This document shows positions 41,931 to 55,304 of a stretch of 64,000 nucleotides of DNA, piece after piece. Source of the DNA: Eledone cirrhosa. Taxonomy: Eukaryota. The notes under the pieces were generated by a model. That model did no database searches. It had not been told where the DNA came from and saw nothing but the letters and a program-made list of their open reading frames with translations. The position numbers were made by a program, and so were the translations under genes. Each line of letters opens with the position of its first letter. Position 1 is the first letter of the stretch. The DNA lies in the NCBI GenBank assembly GCA_964016885.1, contig OZ024740.1, positions 74,214,001 to 74,278,000 of the forward strand, read 5' to 3'.

Positions 41931-43195
41931 ACCACACTACATATAACCCGGACTAACTGGGGACTAAATATAGTCTATTTGTGCATTTCATCGGGTTTTA
42001 CCACTTTCAACCTCACATCACGGGTGTGAATAAATAATAATCATTTGGTAACACGCGATGATCCAGCGGATGTGGCGGCTTTCCCAACTGCACGGGTAGT
42101 TCAGCCTTCCTTGAGTGCTTGGAAAAATAAATTTCCTCTTCTTTTGGTAAACAAAATTACTCGGAACGGCTGCTTCGCCCCGGGGCCCTGTCAGACTTGG
42201 AACCCGCCACGCCACTGGCTTTGACCGCCAAATAGTACCTTTAAATTCTAGGCTTAATCATAACTATTAGCTGTGTCATGCCTCCTCCTACTAGCACTTA
42301 ACTAAATCCCCCTCCTGTGTGATTTACTAGTAATCGTTTGGTATATTGCGATGGCCAGCCGGCGGTGGGGAACTTTCCGCTAACACCAACGACGCCTAAG
42401 ACAGTTACATTCCTGGAGTGCTCAGAAAAATTAATTTCAATTTCTTTCGCTGGACGATATTACTCGAATGGCTGGCACGTAGTTAGGGAGGGCTGGCGGG
42501 GGATGGGGGGGGAGGGTCTGCAGTCGTCGCTGGTTATTGACCGCTAAGCAAAGGCTTAATCTTTACTCTATATCCTACCCTGAAAATTTATTGTGACTAT
42601 ATATAATACACTTAAACTTTTTCATATAAGTCTCCTTCTGTAAATTGTCACTTTCTCTCTCTCTCACTCACACACACACTCTCTCTTTCTCACTCTCTCT
42701 GTCAATCTCTCTCTCTCTTTCATTCACACACACACACACTCTCTCTGTCACTCTCTCTCTCTCTCACATTCACACACACTCTCTCTCTTTTTTACTCTCT
42801 ATATATGTCTTTGTTGAATATATATGTTCTTTGAAAAAACATTTTTCACGGCAATTTCTAGCATGCATGATCAGCTTGATTGAGGCATGACCTCAACGCT
42901 GACATTTCCTTTTGACAGGGAGGTAGTAGCACATAATAAGCTTGCGCCCCCTCACCAGATGGTCATAAGTAGACTTAATAATCAATACTTGAGGGCAGCC
43001 GACAGAGGTAGAAGCTGCTAAATGATCGGTCGTCCTCTTGTCTCTGATTTTCAGCCCCATGGATTATATTCCTTTGTTATATTTTGAATACCAGATGATG
43101 TCACTGGATTCACACTGAACCCGGTCATTGAAATGATCATAGTATAATAAACCTTTCAAGGATTTACACCAGTCCAGCCTCCTGTTATTTTATAA

Positions 43196-44201
43196 CTAGC
43201 AGCAGTATCCAGCGTTGCCTGGGTAGGTAAAATAATATCTGCTTTGATGAAAAGGTGTTGATCTTAGCGAATGCTTCTCGATAACTCATCTATGGCCACA
43301 CACAGGCCATGCGGGGGAGGGTGGTGATGACCTCTATCACTGAGAAACGCAGGTGACTGACAAAGGGGCATGCTGGGGGAGGGAGATAATGACCTCTAAC
43401 ACTAAGCCAAATTTCCTTACGCTATTTGATTGGAAACCGATGAATTCTCAAATACACAACTAAAAGCTCAGACGACGTCAGTGGCCATCGTTTTGCCTTT
43501 GACCATCTATAAGATCTGCAATGATAGGTTCTATCGTAGTATAAAAGTTGAACCAAATAAATTGATTTATGTGTGAGGTGGAGCCGAAGTTTAGAATTTG
43601 AACGAAATTGGTTGAAAAATCTGGGAGGTAGAGCCAAAAAGGCGGAAATTTGAGCGAAAGGGTGGTATTTTCGAATATTTAAGTGGATGGCACGCCGTTC
43701 CTGAACAAAAATTCGAAAATGTAAAGCCACTTTAAGACGTGAAATAATCAGATCTAGCGTAGTGTAAAATTTGAACAAAGTAGGTTGATTAATGTGGGAG
43801 CTTGAGCCGAAAAAGTGGAAATTTGAGTCTAAAAGTGGTATTTTTGAATATTTAAGCGGCTTCCACGCCGTCCCTGAATAACAAATGCAAAATATAAAGC
43901 CATTACAGGATGTGCAATGATAAATTCTATGTTGCTTTAAAATTTGAACGAAATCGGTGGCAAAATGTGGGAGCTAGAGCCAAAAATCTTATTTTTCGAT
44001 ACCTAAAAAAGGTGACCCCCTATCGATTTTTATCTGCAGAATGACCACGCAATAAAATAAGAGATACGCTGATATATAGAAAACACTCCCCGATGACTAA
44101 TCTATGAGCCTGTAAAGTTTCATGAAAATCGGTCGTAAGATGTAGGCCCCTATAGGTAATACAAAGACACACAGACACACTTAATTTTATATATATACAG
44201 A
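43196..44201 (-). mobile_element. non-autonomous Helitron
   Basis: Minus strand: A|TCTGTATATATATAAAA..GTGTGTCTGTGTGT start; CCCAGGCAACGCTGG hairpin; CTAG|T end. Confidence 0.72.
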
Positions 44202-44339
44202 TAATTAACTCTGTACTCGCACCACCAACTACACAAACGAAGACGGATGAGTTGCATTACGTTGAGTGCTCTCCATAATATTACATCGAGGTTGACCATA
44301 CGAAATGACCAGTTCTATCCAGTGGTGAACCAACAAACC

Positions 44340-44395
<56 letters not shown>

Positions 44396-44404
<9 letters not shown>

Positions 44405-44660
44405 TAAAATACCGATTAATGTTTAAGCAAAGATTCGCTGCTTTCACCCTTAACAGGATCTTCTGAAACTAAAAAAGTCAATCTGTGGTCGCAGAAGTAA
44501 ATATTTCAAAAAACGTTGCAACCGAAGGAAGACATTGCAACGTTTTTTGAAATATTTACTTCTGCGTTCACAGATTGACTTTTTTAGTTTCAGAAGATCC
44601 CGTTAAGAGTGAAAGCAGTGATTCTTTGCTTAAACTTTAATCTGTTATTTTAATAAATAT
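44396..44660. repeat. fold-back palindrome with arms of about 125 bp, made of Helitron-family sequence
   Basis: 44396-44521 is the reverse complement of about 44535-44660. Confidence 0.85.
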
Positions 44661-44743
44661 TTGCTCTACGGTTCTTATATATCTGATATATATTTATCCT
44701 TATCAAGCCCTCTTTCGATTTTAGTCTTCAAATTTATTATTAT

Positions 44744-44811
<68 letters not shown>

Positions 44812-45447
44812 TGTAAGCATCATTGTTAGTTAATAATGTTTCTAACTTTGAATTTTATAACTAAATTATTGAATGTATTTATTAATTTAATTATGCTCGA
44901 GATTATCATTTAAAATATTTTATATTATTTTACATTATTGTATATTGTTTAATTTTGATATAATATAATAGTATAATTTCTATCAAATACAATAGATTAA
45001 ACATTTCACGGTATTTAATTGATCGCTTCTACCTAACTTAATATTTGAAAAAAATGTCCCTCTCTGTCCCTCTCTTCTTTTTTTCTTTTCCTTATGCAGT
45101 TATATATTCTACCATCTCTATCTCCCTCTTTGTTTTTATCTTCATCTCCTTATCTTTTCCCTTTCTCTTCTATTTAGCTCTCTCTCATTTGTTTTTATCT
45201 CTAATACGGATATTTACATATATATATATTTAAATATTTAACATTTATATACTTATGTGTTTATGTAGTTATTTATTTTATTTATGTATTTATTTTTTCT
45301 TCACTTTCTTCTACTCACCCTCTCCATTACATTTAGTTTGTCTTGTTAGTACTTATGGTATATAAATATTGAGTTTTGTTGTAATTAATCACTGCCAAGA
45401 CTGGAATTGAACCATTAGCACAGTTGAGGTATGTCATACATCAATTT

Positions 45448-45519
45448 ATATATTTTATCTGATAAGGACGTACTGAAAAAACAGCACAGTACCTCCGAAA
45501 TATATATAATAAAATATAT
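45448..45519 (+). ncRNA. degenerate minimal hammerhead ribozyme (same family as 22838)
   Basis: TATATTTTAT-CTGATAA-stem II GTACTG/CAGTAC-GAAA-TATATA-TA-ATAAAATATA. Confidence 0.5.
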
Positions 45520-45583
45520 TTTGATTACGTGAATGTCTACATTTATTAATATTTTGAATTAATATATATATATATATATATAT

Positions 45584-47191
45584 ATCATCATCATCGTCAT
45601 CATTTTACGTCCACTTTTCCCTGCTTGCAAGGGTGGGACGGGTCTTATTCAGCACAGCATCTCTCCACTCGTCACGGTTCTTCGTCATCTCCACAGTGAT
45701 CTGAGGTCTGTTCTCACCACCTCCGCCCATGTTTTTCGTGGTCTACCTCTACCATGTCTTCCTTCAACTGGCATTTCCTGGCACTTCTTCACCCATCGGT
45801 CATCCTCCATGCGCATCAGATGTCCATACCACCTCAGTCTCCTCTCCCGTACACTACATTCTATCCCTCTCAGACACAGTTTCTCTCTCAACACATTTAT
45901 GCTGGGTCGTTCACGCACACTTACACGGCACATCCAACGGAGCATGCTTGCCTCATTTCTCTCCAGCCGTCGCATATCCTCTGCAGTTGTTGCCCATGTC
46001 TCACAACCATGCAGCATCGCGCTCCTCACACAGGCCTCATACAACCGGCCTTTCGTATGCAGGGAGAAACACTTCTTCGTCAACAGAGGAAGCAGCTCCC
46101 TAGACTTCTTCCAACCTGTCATTCTAAATACTATGGCCTCGGAACACCCTCCTCCCATGCTAATCTGATCTCCTGGGTACCGGAAGCTATCCACCACTTC
46201 AATAGCGCCCTCCTGCATCTGAAAAATGTGTCTATCAATGCGACTTCTACTGACTAATTTCCCTGTACATCTACTGCATACATATTTCTCCCTACCTGTT
46301 AGTTTGCCTGCTATCCCGCTACATCTCTTGTGTACCCAGGATCTGCATTGTGTGCATTTTATAGAATTTATGCCAGTTCCTTTTCTGCATATCGAACATG
46401 GCCATTTCCCTGACGGAATCAGGGTTTTGTCCTCTTTTCTACTCATCAACACTTTTGTCTTAGCTAGGTTCACTCTCAGTCCTCTTGCTGCCAACTGCTG
46501 TTTCCATAGCCAGAATTTATTCTCTAGTTCCTCTACTGATTCTGCTATAAGAACCAGATCGTCAGCATAGGGAAGTTCCCATGGACACCCAGTCTTCAAC
46601 TCCTCTGTTATAGCTTGGAGGACTATAATGAACAAGAGCAGGCTGAGGACTGAACCCTGATGTACTCCTACTTGTATCTGGAATTCCTCACTAAACTCCA
46701 TTCCTACCCTGACTTTACTGAGAGTACCTCTGTACAAAGTTTGCACTGTCCTCACAAGCCATTCCTCAACACCTAGCTTCCTTAGGGACCACCAGATGAC
46801 AGATCGGGGTACCCTATCAAAGGCCTTCTCTAGGTCAACAAAGGCTAAGTATAGTGGCTTATTTTTCTCTAAGAACCTCTCTTGCAATTGTCTCACCAAG
46901 AAGAGGGCATCTGTTGTACTCTTCCCAGGCACAAAACCAAACTGCATCTCATCTAGTTTGACCCTTTCTCTAATTAGTTGTGCTAATATCCTTTCTGCCA
47001 CTTTCATAACCTGATCCATCAGTTTTATACCCCTAATTGCTCCTCTCCAGAGCATCCCCTTTACCTTTGTAGCAATTTATGAGAATGCTGCTGCACCAGT
47101 CTTTGGGTATGACACCACCATATATAGCCTGATTGACGATGCGTGCAACCAGTTTAGTGCCTATGTCCCCTGATGCCTTCAGCATCTCAGC
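45584..47191 (-). mobile_element. RTE 3' half (PHD-containing, short-UTR subfamily)
   Basis: ORF 45685-47055 (456 aa) with RT motifs, YADD and a C4HC3 finger. Confidence 0.92.
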
Positions 47192-47227
47192 AATAAATAT
47201 ATGTATATATATATACATATGTATGTA

Positions 47228-48215
47228 TATATATATATATATATATGTCATCATCATCGTTTAATGTCTATCTTCCACGCTAGCATGGGTTTAGACAAGA
47301 ATTGTCCCACTTGAGGCAAGATTGGTTGTCTTGCTCGTGTAGGACTGTCTGGCAGGTTTTCTACGGCTGGATGCCCTTCCTTACACCAACCACGTTTACA
47401 GTGTAGACTGGGAGATTTTTACTGTGTTACCTACATGGCCACATTACAGCGTGGACTGTATTTTTTTGTCGTGACACCTACACGACCTCATTTATTTAGG
47501 ACTGGATGTTGTGGTACCAACATAACTTTACAGCGAAAGGCGTGATGTAGATGGGGGTAGGGATAGTGGGATGGGGGGGGGTATTTTAGTTAAGAGGTGC
47601 CTACCGACTGTAGGTTTCGCTTTGTACTTAGGCAAGACGGGTCTTCTGTATTACTGCGTAGCGCCAAAGATCTCGGTCCAGTGATATTTCTTGGAGAGGT
47701 GTAAGTGTGTAAGGTCGGAATTTATCAAATCGTCCCAGGTTTTTTGGGGCCTGCCTACTCCGTAGCTACCGTCTATTTTTATCGCCCTGCACTTTTTTAT
47801 ACAGCTGTCGTCTGTTATGCGCATCACGTGACCATACCAACGTAGTCTTCTCTCGAGTAAACAGTATCTGATCCCTCTTATTCCTAATTTCTCACTTAGT
47901 TCATTTATGTTTTGCCATTCACGTATATTACTATTACACATCCAGCAGAGCATGCAAGCTTCATTCCTCACCAGTCTGCGTAGATACTCTGCACACAATG
48001 CCCATGTCTCACTGCCATGTAACATTGCTGTTTGTATGCAGGCATCATACAGTCTGCCTTTCATTTTTAGAGAGAAACCTTTAGTGGCCAATAGTGGTAT
48101 AAGCTCTCTGAACTTTTTCCATCCCGTTCTGGCTTCACTGCTGAATTTGTCACCGAGGTAACGGAAGGTGTCCACTATTTCTATAGAACCATCTGGGCAA
48201 TGGAAGGAGCTAGTA
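47228..48215 (-). mobile_element. RTE family A 3' end with UTR
   Basis: ORF 47651-48175 and (CAT)n tail. Confidence 0.88.
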
Positions 48216-48218
48216 TAA

Positions 48219-51200
48219 TGTGTGACTAAAGGGAGTTAATGCGTGAGGGGAGGTAACTCGCTGATTTCTATAACTAAATCTTATCCTAATGTACATTAAA
48301 TGGTGTCTCAAAAGAGTCCCTATCTTATATGGTTATAAACAGTTTCTAAAAATTTACCGCGATGATGCACTTCTACTTATAGAATATAAAAAATTCAATA
48401 TATAAAGAACTAGAAAACTATTGCACAGGACATTCAAAAACTATAACCTTAGTATCACCATGGACAAAAACACTAAAAACGTTAACTTCCTAGACGCCAC
48501 CCTTTACCTAGACTCAAAGATATATACACCTTTCCATAAACCTAACGAAAAACTCATTTACGTAGATACCAAGTCTAACCACCCTAGATCAATATTAAAC
48601 TCTATCTCTAAGGGGGTGTCCAATAGAATCTCTAGTCTATCCTATGACGCAAACATATTTAGCAAAAACTTGTAATATTATAATCAAGCATTAGCTAGAT
48701 CTGGCCATAATATAGAGATTGAGTTCCTACCTACGAAAACACATAGCTACAACATTATCTCGCACAATATGTCCATGAGGAAACTTAGTAATAAGAATAG
48801 CAACCACACACACACTAAAACGGAGGATGCCATCAAAAGTAACCCACACCTCAGAAACTACCATAGTACCTTAAGAGAAAACAACACAGCAGACATAAAA
48901 AACAAAAATAGAAGAAGAAATAATACATTTTTCAACCCTCCTTTCAACCTAAACGTCTCTACCAACATACCTAGGGCTTTCTTCTCACTACTAGATAAAA
49001 ACTTCCCTCCTGGGCACAAGTACCATAACCTTTTAAACAAAAACACTATTAAAATCTCCTACTCTATGACGCCTAACATAGCATACCACATAGCTAGTAG
49101 CAATAAAAGAAAAATTAATTCTTACTTCCAACAAACTACATCGCAACAGGGGGTAAACCCTCAAAATAACTTTATAGCAAGTAACCCTAATAACGGTAAT
49201 AATAGTAGTAATAGCACTAGTATAAGCAATAACACCGGGGACGACAACCCCCATATCCAAAATCCTATAGCTACCACCCGGACTTCTACACAACATATTA
49301 ACCAGCAGACTAACACCCAGAATAATTGTAACTGTAGAGCAAATAGAACCTGCCCTTTAGATAAAAAATGCTTAATCAAGGATATCATATACTCATGCAC
49401 CGTCACAACTAGCAACTCTTCAGAAACCTATGTAGGCTCCACTTCTAACTGCTTCAAAACCAGATATAATTCGCACATCCACTCATTCAAAAAACACAGT
49501 CTAGCCAACGCCACCTCCCTATCTAGCTACATACACTATCTAAAAACTAAAAATAAATCTTACACACTTAAATGGGAAGTAATAGGTAGCGCGACTTCGT
49601 ACAAACCACCTAATAAATTTTGTAACCTCTGTCTACTAGAGACCCATACTATTATCTTCTCTAACCATAACCTACTTAACAAAAAATCTGAAGTGTTCGC
49701 GTCTTGCCAGCACCGCTTCCGACATTCCTTCCAAAACTTTAAACCCAATATATAGCAATGTCAGACTTGAACCAGGCACCACCTCTAGCATCAAACCCCA
49801 ACTGCACACCTTATACCACATCCCCACACTCATTGTTACAATATAGCACAAATAGTGACATCCCTCTAGAACCCTTTACAGTAGAAATACCCCCTTGTAC
49901 ATCTACTTTCGGTGTGACTGCCTTCAATTGCTTGAACTACATTACACCAATATATAATTAATGTAAAATTTAAACATTGAATTGATTGTACTGTTGGTGT
50001 TCTGTGGATGGAGTGCCAGTGTTGGATAAGTGGAAGACTAATTAATTTATTATCATTAATGAGCTATATAACCTATATGCTGAGTGCAGTGAATGATAGG
50101 CAAGTGGCGTATGAGTTGTACATATATGTATGAATTGATGGTCGGATTAGTGACATGGTAAGTGAGGATTGACCTCTGGTCTACCCTAGTGATAGTTAAC
50201 TTTGACATCCAATCTGACATGCAATGACCCAGAGCTTACCAGGAATTATTATATATAGAAGTGATTCTATTAAAACCCTGCCAGGTTCTACGAGTAGACT
50301 ACAATTACAATGATCATTGATTTGGAGATCTGGCTCTTCGTGTGAAATATTCAATTGTGGCACTCTATAATGGAAGATAATCACCCTAATATGAACACCT
50401 TTAATACTTCTTGATAGACTACATTATAGATAGGACACTTTACATTTTTAGAAACTGTTTATAACCATATAAGCTAGGGACTCTTTTGAGACACCATTTA
50501 ATGTACATTAGGATAATATTTAGTTATAGAAATCAGCGAGTTACCTCCCCTCACGCATTAACTCCCCTTAGTCACACACACACTTCCGGAAAATAATACG
50601 ATGTTGATTCTCGCAACTTAAACAACCTGCTATATTGGACTAAAGACCAACAAACTATGATACTCTAACAGAATCATCAAACGTCCAATATTGAATAGTC
50701 GTGGATTATGTGAGGGGCATATAATCTAGATATTACGCTCTCCGAACTGTGAAAATGGTGTTGTACACAAAAACCATATCATTGCTTTGCTACACATTTC
50801 TAATATTTTTAATATTTATAATATTTCTCTACACACAAGCTTCTATAACATTCATATAAAAGATACATTACCAGTACAACCCCCTTAATACTCTTGATTA
50901 CCCGCTTGAAGTGCTTGTATTACATGTAACACTCTGCTGCACTATAATACTATATAAATAAGACACACGTGCTTGCCACACGTGTAACTATTGTACACAC
51001 TAACTGCTTCTGACTATCCTATCGCATTAATTTCATGTTGTATTTTAACTTTAATTTTAATTTTATGCTCTTTTGATATGACTGTAATCTTTAAATGTAT
51101 ACTGCCACGCTAAATGTTATAATGGATGTCGACCCACCAAGCAACAATATATGCATATGTTTCTGTATGTCTCTTGGGTTGAAAAGGAGGTCATATATGT

Positions 51201-51300
51201 GATCATTCATTAATAAATTGCTCCGAAGAATCCAAACCTCGGTTTGGAGGGAACAATTGTAAGCATATAAATGATTTGAACAGAACTTTGATTCATATAA
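48219..51300 (+). mobile_element. Penelope-like element (RT C-terminus and GIY-YIG), 5'-truncated with an inverted pLTR piece
   Basis: YRDD at about 48355, VNFLD, KSNHP, FNPPF, ISYS, CNC..CPL..C, IIY..YVG..FKTRY..H, C.LC..E; 48219-48353 is the reverse complement of 50444-50577. The 3' boundary is uncertain. Confidence 0.88.
51218..51266 (+). ncRNA. degenerate minimal hammerhead ribozyme downstream of the Penelope ORF
   Basis: TGCT-CCGAAGA-TCCAAACC/GGTTTGGA-GGAA-CAATTG-TA-AGCA; two core substitutions. Confidence 0.5.
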
Positions 51301-51532
<232 letters not shown>

Positions 51533-51702
51533 TTATTTTATTTTTGACCGCCGGTCAGTCAATGGCAACATTGAGGACCGAGTAAGTTAGATCGCAGATA
51601 TATATATATAAAAGACAGCGAGAAGCGAAAACCAACCAAACAGTGAGTGTGTTCTGTTATTAATTCTGGCAATATTACGCAAATATGACCCTCCCCAAAT
51701 AT

Positions 51703-51777
<75 letters not shown>

Positions 51778-51790
51778 TATATATATATAT

Positions 51791-53353
51791 ATCATCATCA
51801 TCATCATCACCGTTTTACGTCCGTTCTTCCACGCTAGCATGGGTTAGACGGGTTGTCCTGTTGTGTGCAGTGTCTGGTCGGCTGACCATGCCTTGCTCAT
51901 ACAGGAACTGATCTGGCTTGATTTCTACAGCTGGATGCCCTTCCTAACACCAACCTCATTTACAGTGAGTGCTGGGTGCTTTTTCGTGGCGCCTACACGT
52001 CCACTTTACAGTGTGGGCTGGGTGCTTTTTTGCCGTGGCACCTCCACGACCACCTTGCGGTGGGGGGTGTGGGGGGCATATTGTTTATATGCTTCAGCAT
52101 GTACCCATGGGAGGTCGGGTACTCTGTATTACTGCGTGGCGCCAGAAATCACGGTCGTGTGTCATTGTCTTTGAGAAGTGTAATTGGGTAAGGTCGGCTA
52201 TTATCACCTCATCCCAGGTCATCTTGGGTCTCCCCACTCCACGGTTTCCATCAACTTCTAGTGCTCTGCACCTTTTTATGCAGCTGTCATCCTTCATACG
52301 CATCACATGTCCATACCAGCGCAACCGCCTCTCCTGCACACAGCATTTGATTCCTCTTATGCTCAGTCTCTCTCTCAATTCATTTATGCTTTGTCGTTCA
52401 CGTATATTACTGTTACACATCCATCGGAGCATGCAGGCGTCGTTTCTCTCTAATCTACGTAAGTCTTCCACCTTCAGCGCCCAGGTCTCACTACCATGCA
52501 ACATCGCTGTTCGGATACACGCATCATACAGTCTGCTTTTCATTCTGAGGGAGAAGCCTTTTGCAGCTATCAGTGGTAGTAGTTCCCTAAACTTCTTCCA
52601 TCCCGTTCTTACCCTAGTTATTGTACTTTCTGAACACCCACCTCCGTTGCTAATTCGGTCACCTAGGTAGCAGAAGCTGTCTACTGTTTCTACAGGGCCC
52701 TTCCAGAGATTGGTGGTACTTGTTTCCTGTGGCTGTTTGCTGCTTGCTGTTTCAGCACAGCTGCTGCATGTGAATCCTACATTCTTAATTAAGCTTCCTG
52801 AGATCCCGCTACATCTCTTGTGTACCCATTGTTTGCATTTGGGGCAGAGAATGGAGTTCCTACCTACACCTTTCCTACATACTGAGCAAGGCCATTTCCC
52901 TGAGGGGATCTGGGTTCTGTTTTCTCGTCTACTTACAAGGACCTTAGTCTTTGTCATGTAGACTTTGAGACCCTTTCTCTCTAGTCCCTGCTTCCAGGTT
53001 TGGAATTTATTCTCTAGTTCTATCATAGATTCAGCTATGAGTGCGAGGTCATCAGCATACAGGAGTTCCCATGGGCATCCGGTCTTAAACTCCTCCGTTA
53101 TTGCCTGCAGGCCTATGATGAACAGGAGAGGGCTAAGAACAGAGCCCTGGTGGACCCCAACCTGTACGCTAAATTCCTCGCTATACTCATTGCTAATCCT
53201 AACTTTGCTGACTGCTCCCCTATACATGGCTTGTACCGCTTTCACAAGCCATTCATCTACTCCTAGTTTTCTAAGAGCCCACCAGATTACTGCCCGTGGA
53301 ACTCTGTCAAAGGCTTTCTCAAGGTTGATAAATGCCAAGTAGAGTGGCTTACT
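51791..53353 (-). mobile_element. RTE 3' half (second long-UTR subfamily)
   Basis: The RT-PHD-C-terminal part of ORF 52094-53566 is open; both ends lie in (TA)n. Confidence 0.92.
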
Positions 53354-53432
53354 TATATATATATATATATATATACACATATATATATATATATATATAC
53401 ACATATATATATATACACATATATATATACAC

Positions 53433-53490
<58 letters not shown>

Positions 53491-53556
53491 GTATATATAT
53501 ATATATATACACATATATATATATATACACACATATATATATATATATATATATAT

Positions 53557-53896
53557 GGAGGCACATGGCTTAGTGGTTAGAGCATTGGGCTTGCAATCGA
53601 AAGGTTGTGAGTTCAATTCTCAGGTGATGTGTTGTTTCCTTGAGCAAGACACTTTATTTCACATTGCTCCAGTTTACTCAGCTGTAGAAATGAGATGATA
53701 GGACTGAGTTCCCCATCATTCCACTGCAAAGTGGTCGTGAAGGTGCCACGGCAAAAAAAGCACCCAGCACTCACTGTAAATGAGGTTGGTGTTAGGAAGG
53801 GCATCCAGCTGTAGAAATCAAGCCAGAATCAGTTCCCGTCCCACCCTTGCAAGCAGGGAAAAAGTGGACGTAAAATGAAATGAAAAAATGAAATGA
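53557..53896 (+). mobile_element. tRNA-head CORE-like SINE with an RTE-derived tail
   Basis: TGGCTTAGTGG (A box), GAGTTCAATTC (B box), CORE-like TCCTTGAGCAAGACACTTT..CACATTGCTCCAG, 3' part shared with RTE UTRs. Confidence 0.82.
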
Positions 53897-54127
53897 TATA
53901 TATACACATATATATATATATATATATACACACACATATATATATATATATACACACACATATATATATATATACACACACATATATATATATATACACA
54001 CACATATATATATATATATATATACACACACATATATATATATATATATATACACACACATATATATATATGTGTATATACACACATATATATATATATA
54101 TATAAATATATATACACATATATATAT

Positions 54128-54162
<35 letters not shown>

Positions 54163-54171
54163 AATATATAT

Positions 54172-54212
<41 letters not shown>

Positions 54213-54275
54213 TATATATATATACACATATCTATATATATATATATATATACACACATATATATATATATATAT

Positions 54276-54316
<41 letters not shown>

Positions 54317-54338
54317 TATATATATATATACACATATA

Positions 54339-54396
<58 letters not shown>

Positions 54397-54423
54397 TATA
54401 TACACATATATATATATATATAT

Positions 54424-54466
<43 letters not shown>

Positions 54467-54512
54467 TATATATATATATATACACATATATATATATATA
54501 TATATACACATA

Positions 54513-54562
<50 letters not shown>

Positions 54563-54601
54563 TATATACACATATATGTATATATATACACATATATATA
54601 T
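53897..54601. repeat. (TA)n/(TACACA) compound microsatellite
   Basis: About 700 bp of low complexity; similar tracts at 51303-51530, 54940-55305, 61389-61610, 62593-63030 and 63405-64000. Confidence 0.95.
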
Positions 54602-54938
54602 ATCATCATTTCATTTTACGTCCGCTTTTTCCTTGCTTGCAAGGGTGGGACGGGAACTGGTTCTGGCTTGATTTCTACAGCTGGATGCCCTTCCTAACGC
54701 CAACCTCATTTACAGTGAGTGCTGGGTGCTTTTTTGCCGTGGCACCTACACAACCACTTTACAGTAGAATGATATGGACCCCCAGTCCCTATCATCTCAT
54801 TTCTACAGCTGAGTAAACTGGAGCAATGTGAAATAAAGTGTCTTGCTCAAGGAAACAACACATCACCTGGTCTGAGAATTGAACTCACAATCTTTCGATT
54901 GCAAGGCCAATGCTCTAACCACTAAGCCATGTGCCTCC
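54602..54938 (-). mobile_element. second copy of the CORE-like SINE, inverted
   Basis: Reverse complement of 53557-53896 with scattered differences. Confidence 0.82.
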
Positions 54939-55027
54939 ATTATATATACACATATATATATACAGTATATATACACCTATATATATATATATATATACAC
55001 CTATATATATATATATATATATATACC

Positions 55028-55091
<64 letters not shown>

Positions 55092-55210
55092 TATATATAT
55101 ATATATATACATATACACATATATATATATATATATATATACATATACACACATATATATATATATATATACATATACACACACATATATATATATATAT
55201 ATATACATAT

Positions 55211-55249
<39 letters not shown>

Positions 55250-55304
55250 CACACATATATATATATATATACACACACACATATATATATATATATACAC
55301 ACAT

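Noticed and set aside
48340-49755. Selenocysteine-recoding (Naiad-type) Penelope ORF
   Set aside because: The interrupting stops I read are TAA, not TGA at Cys positions.
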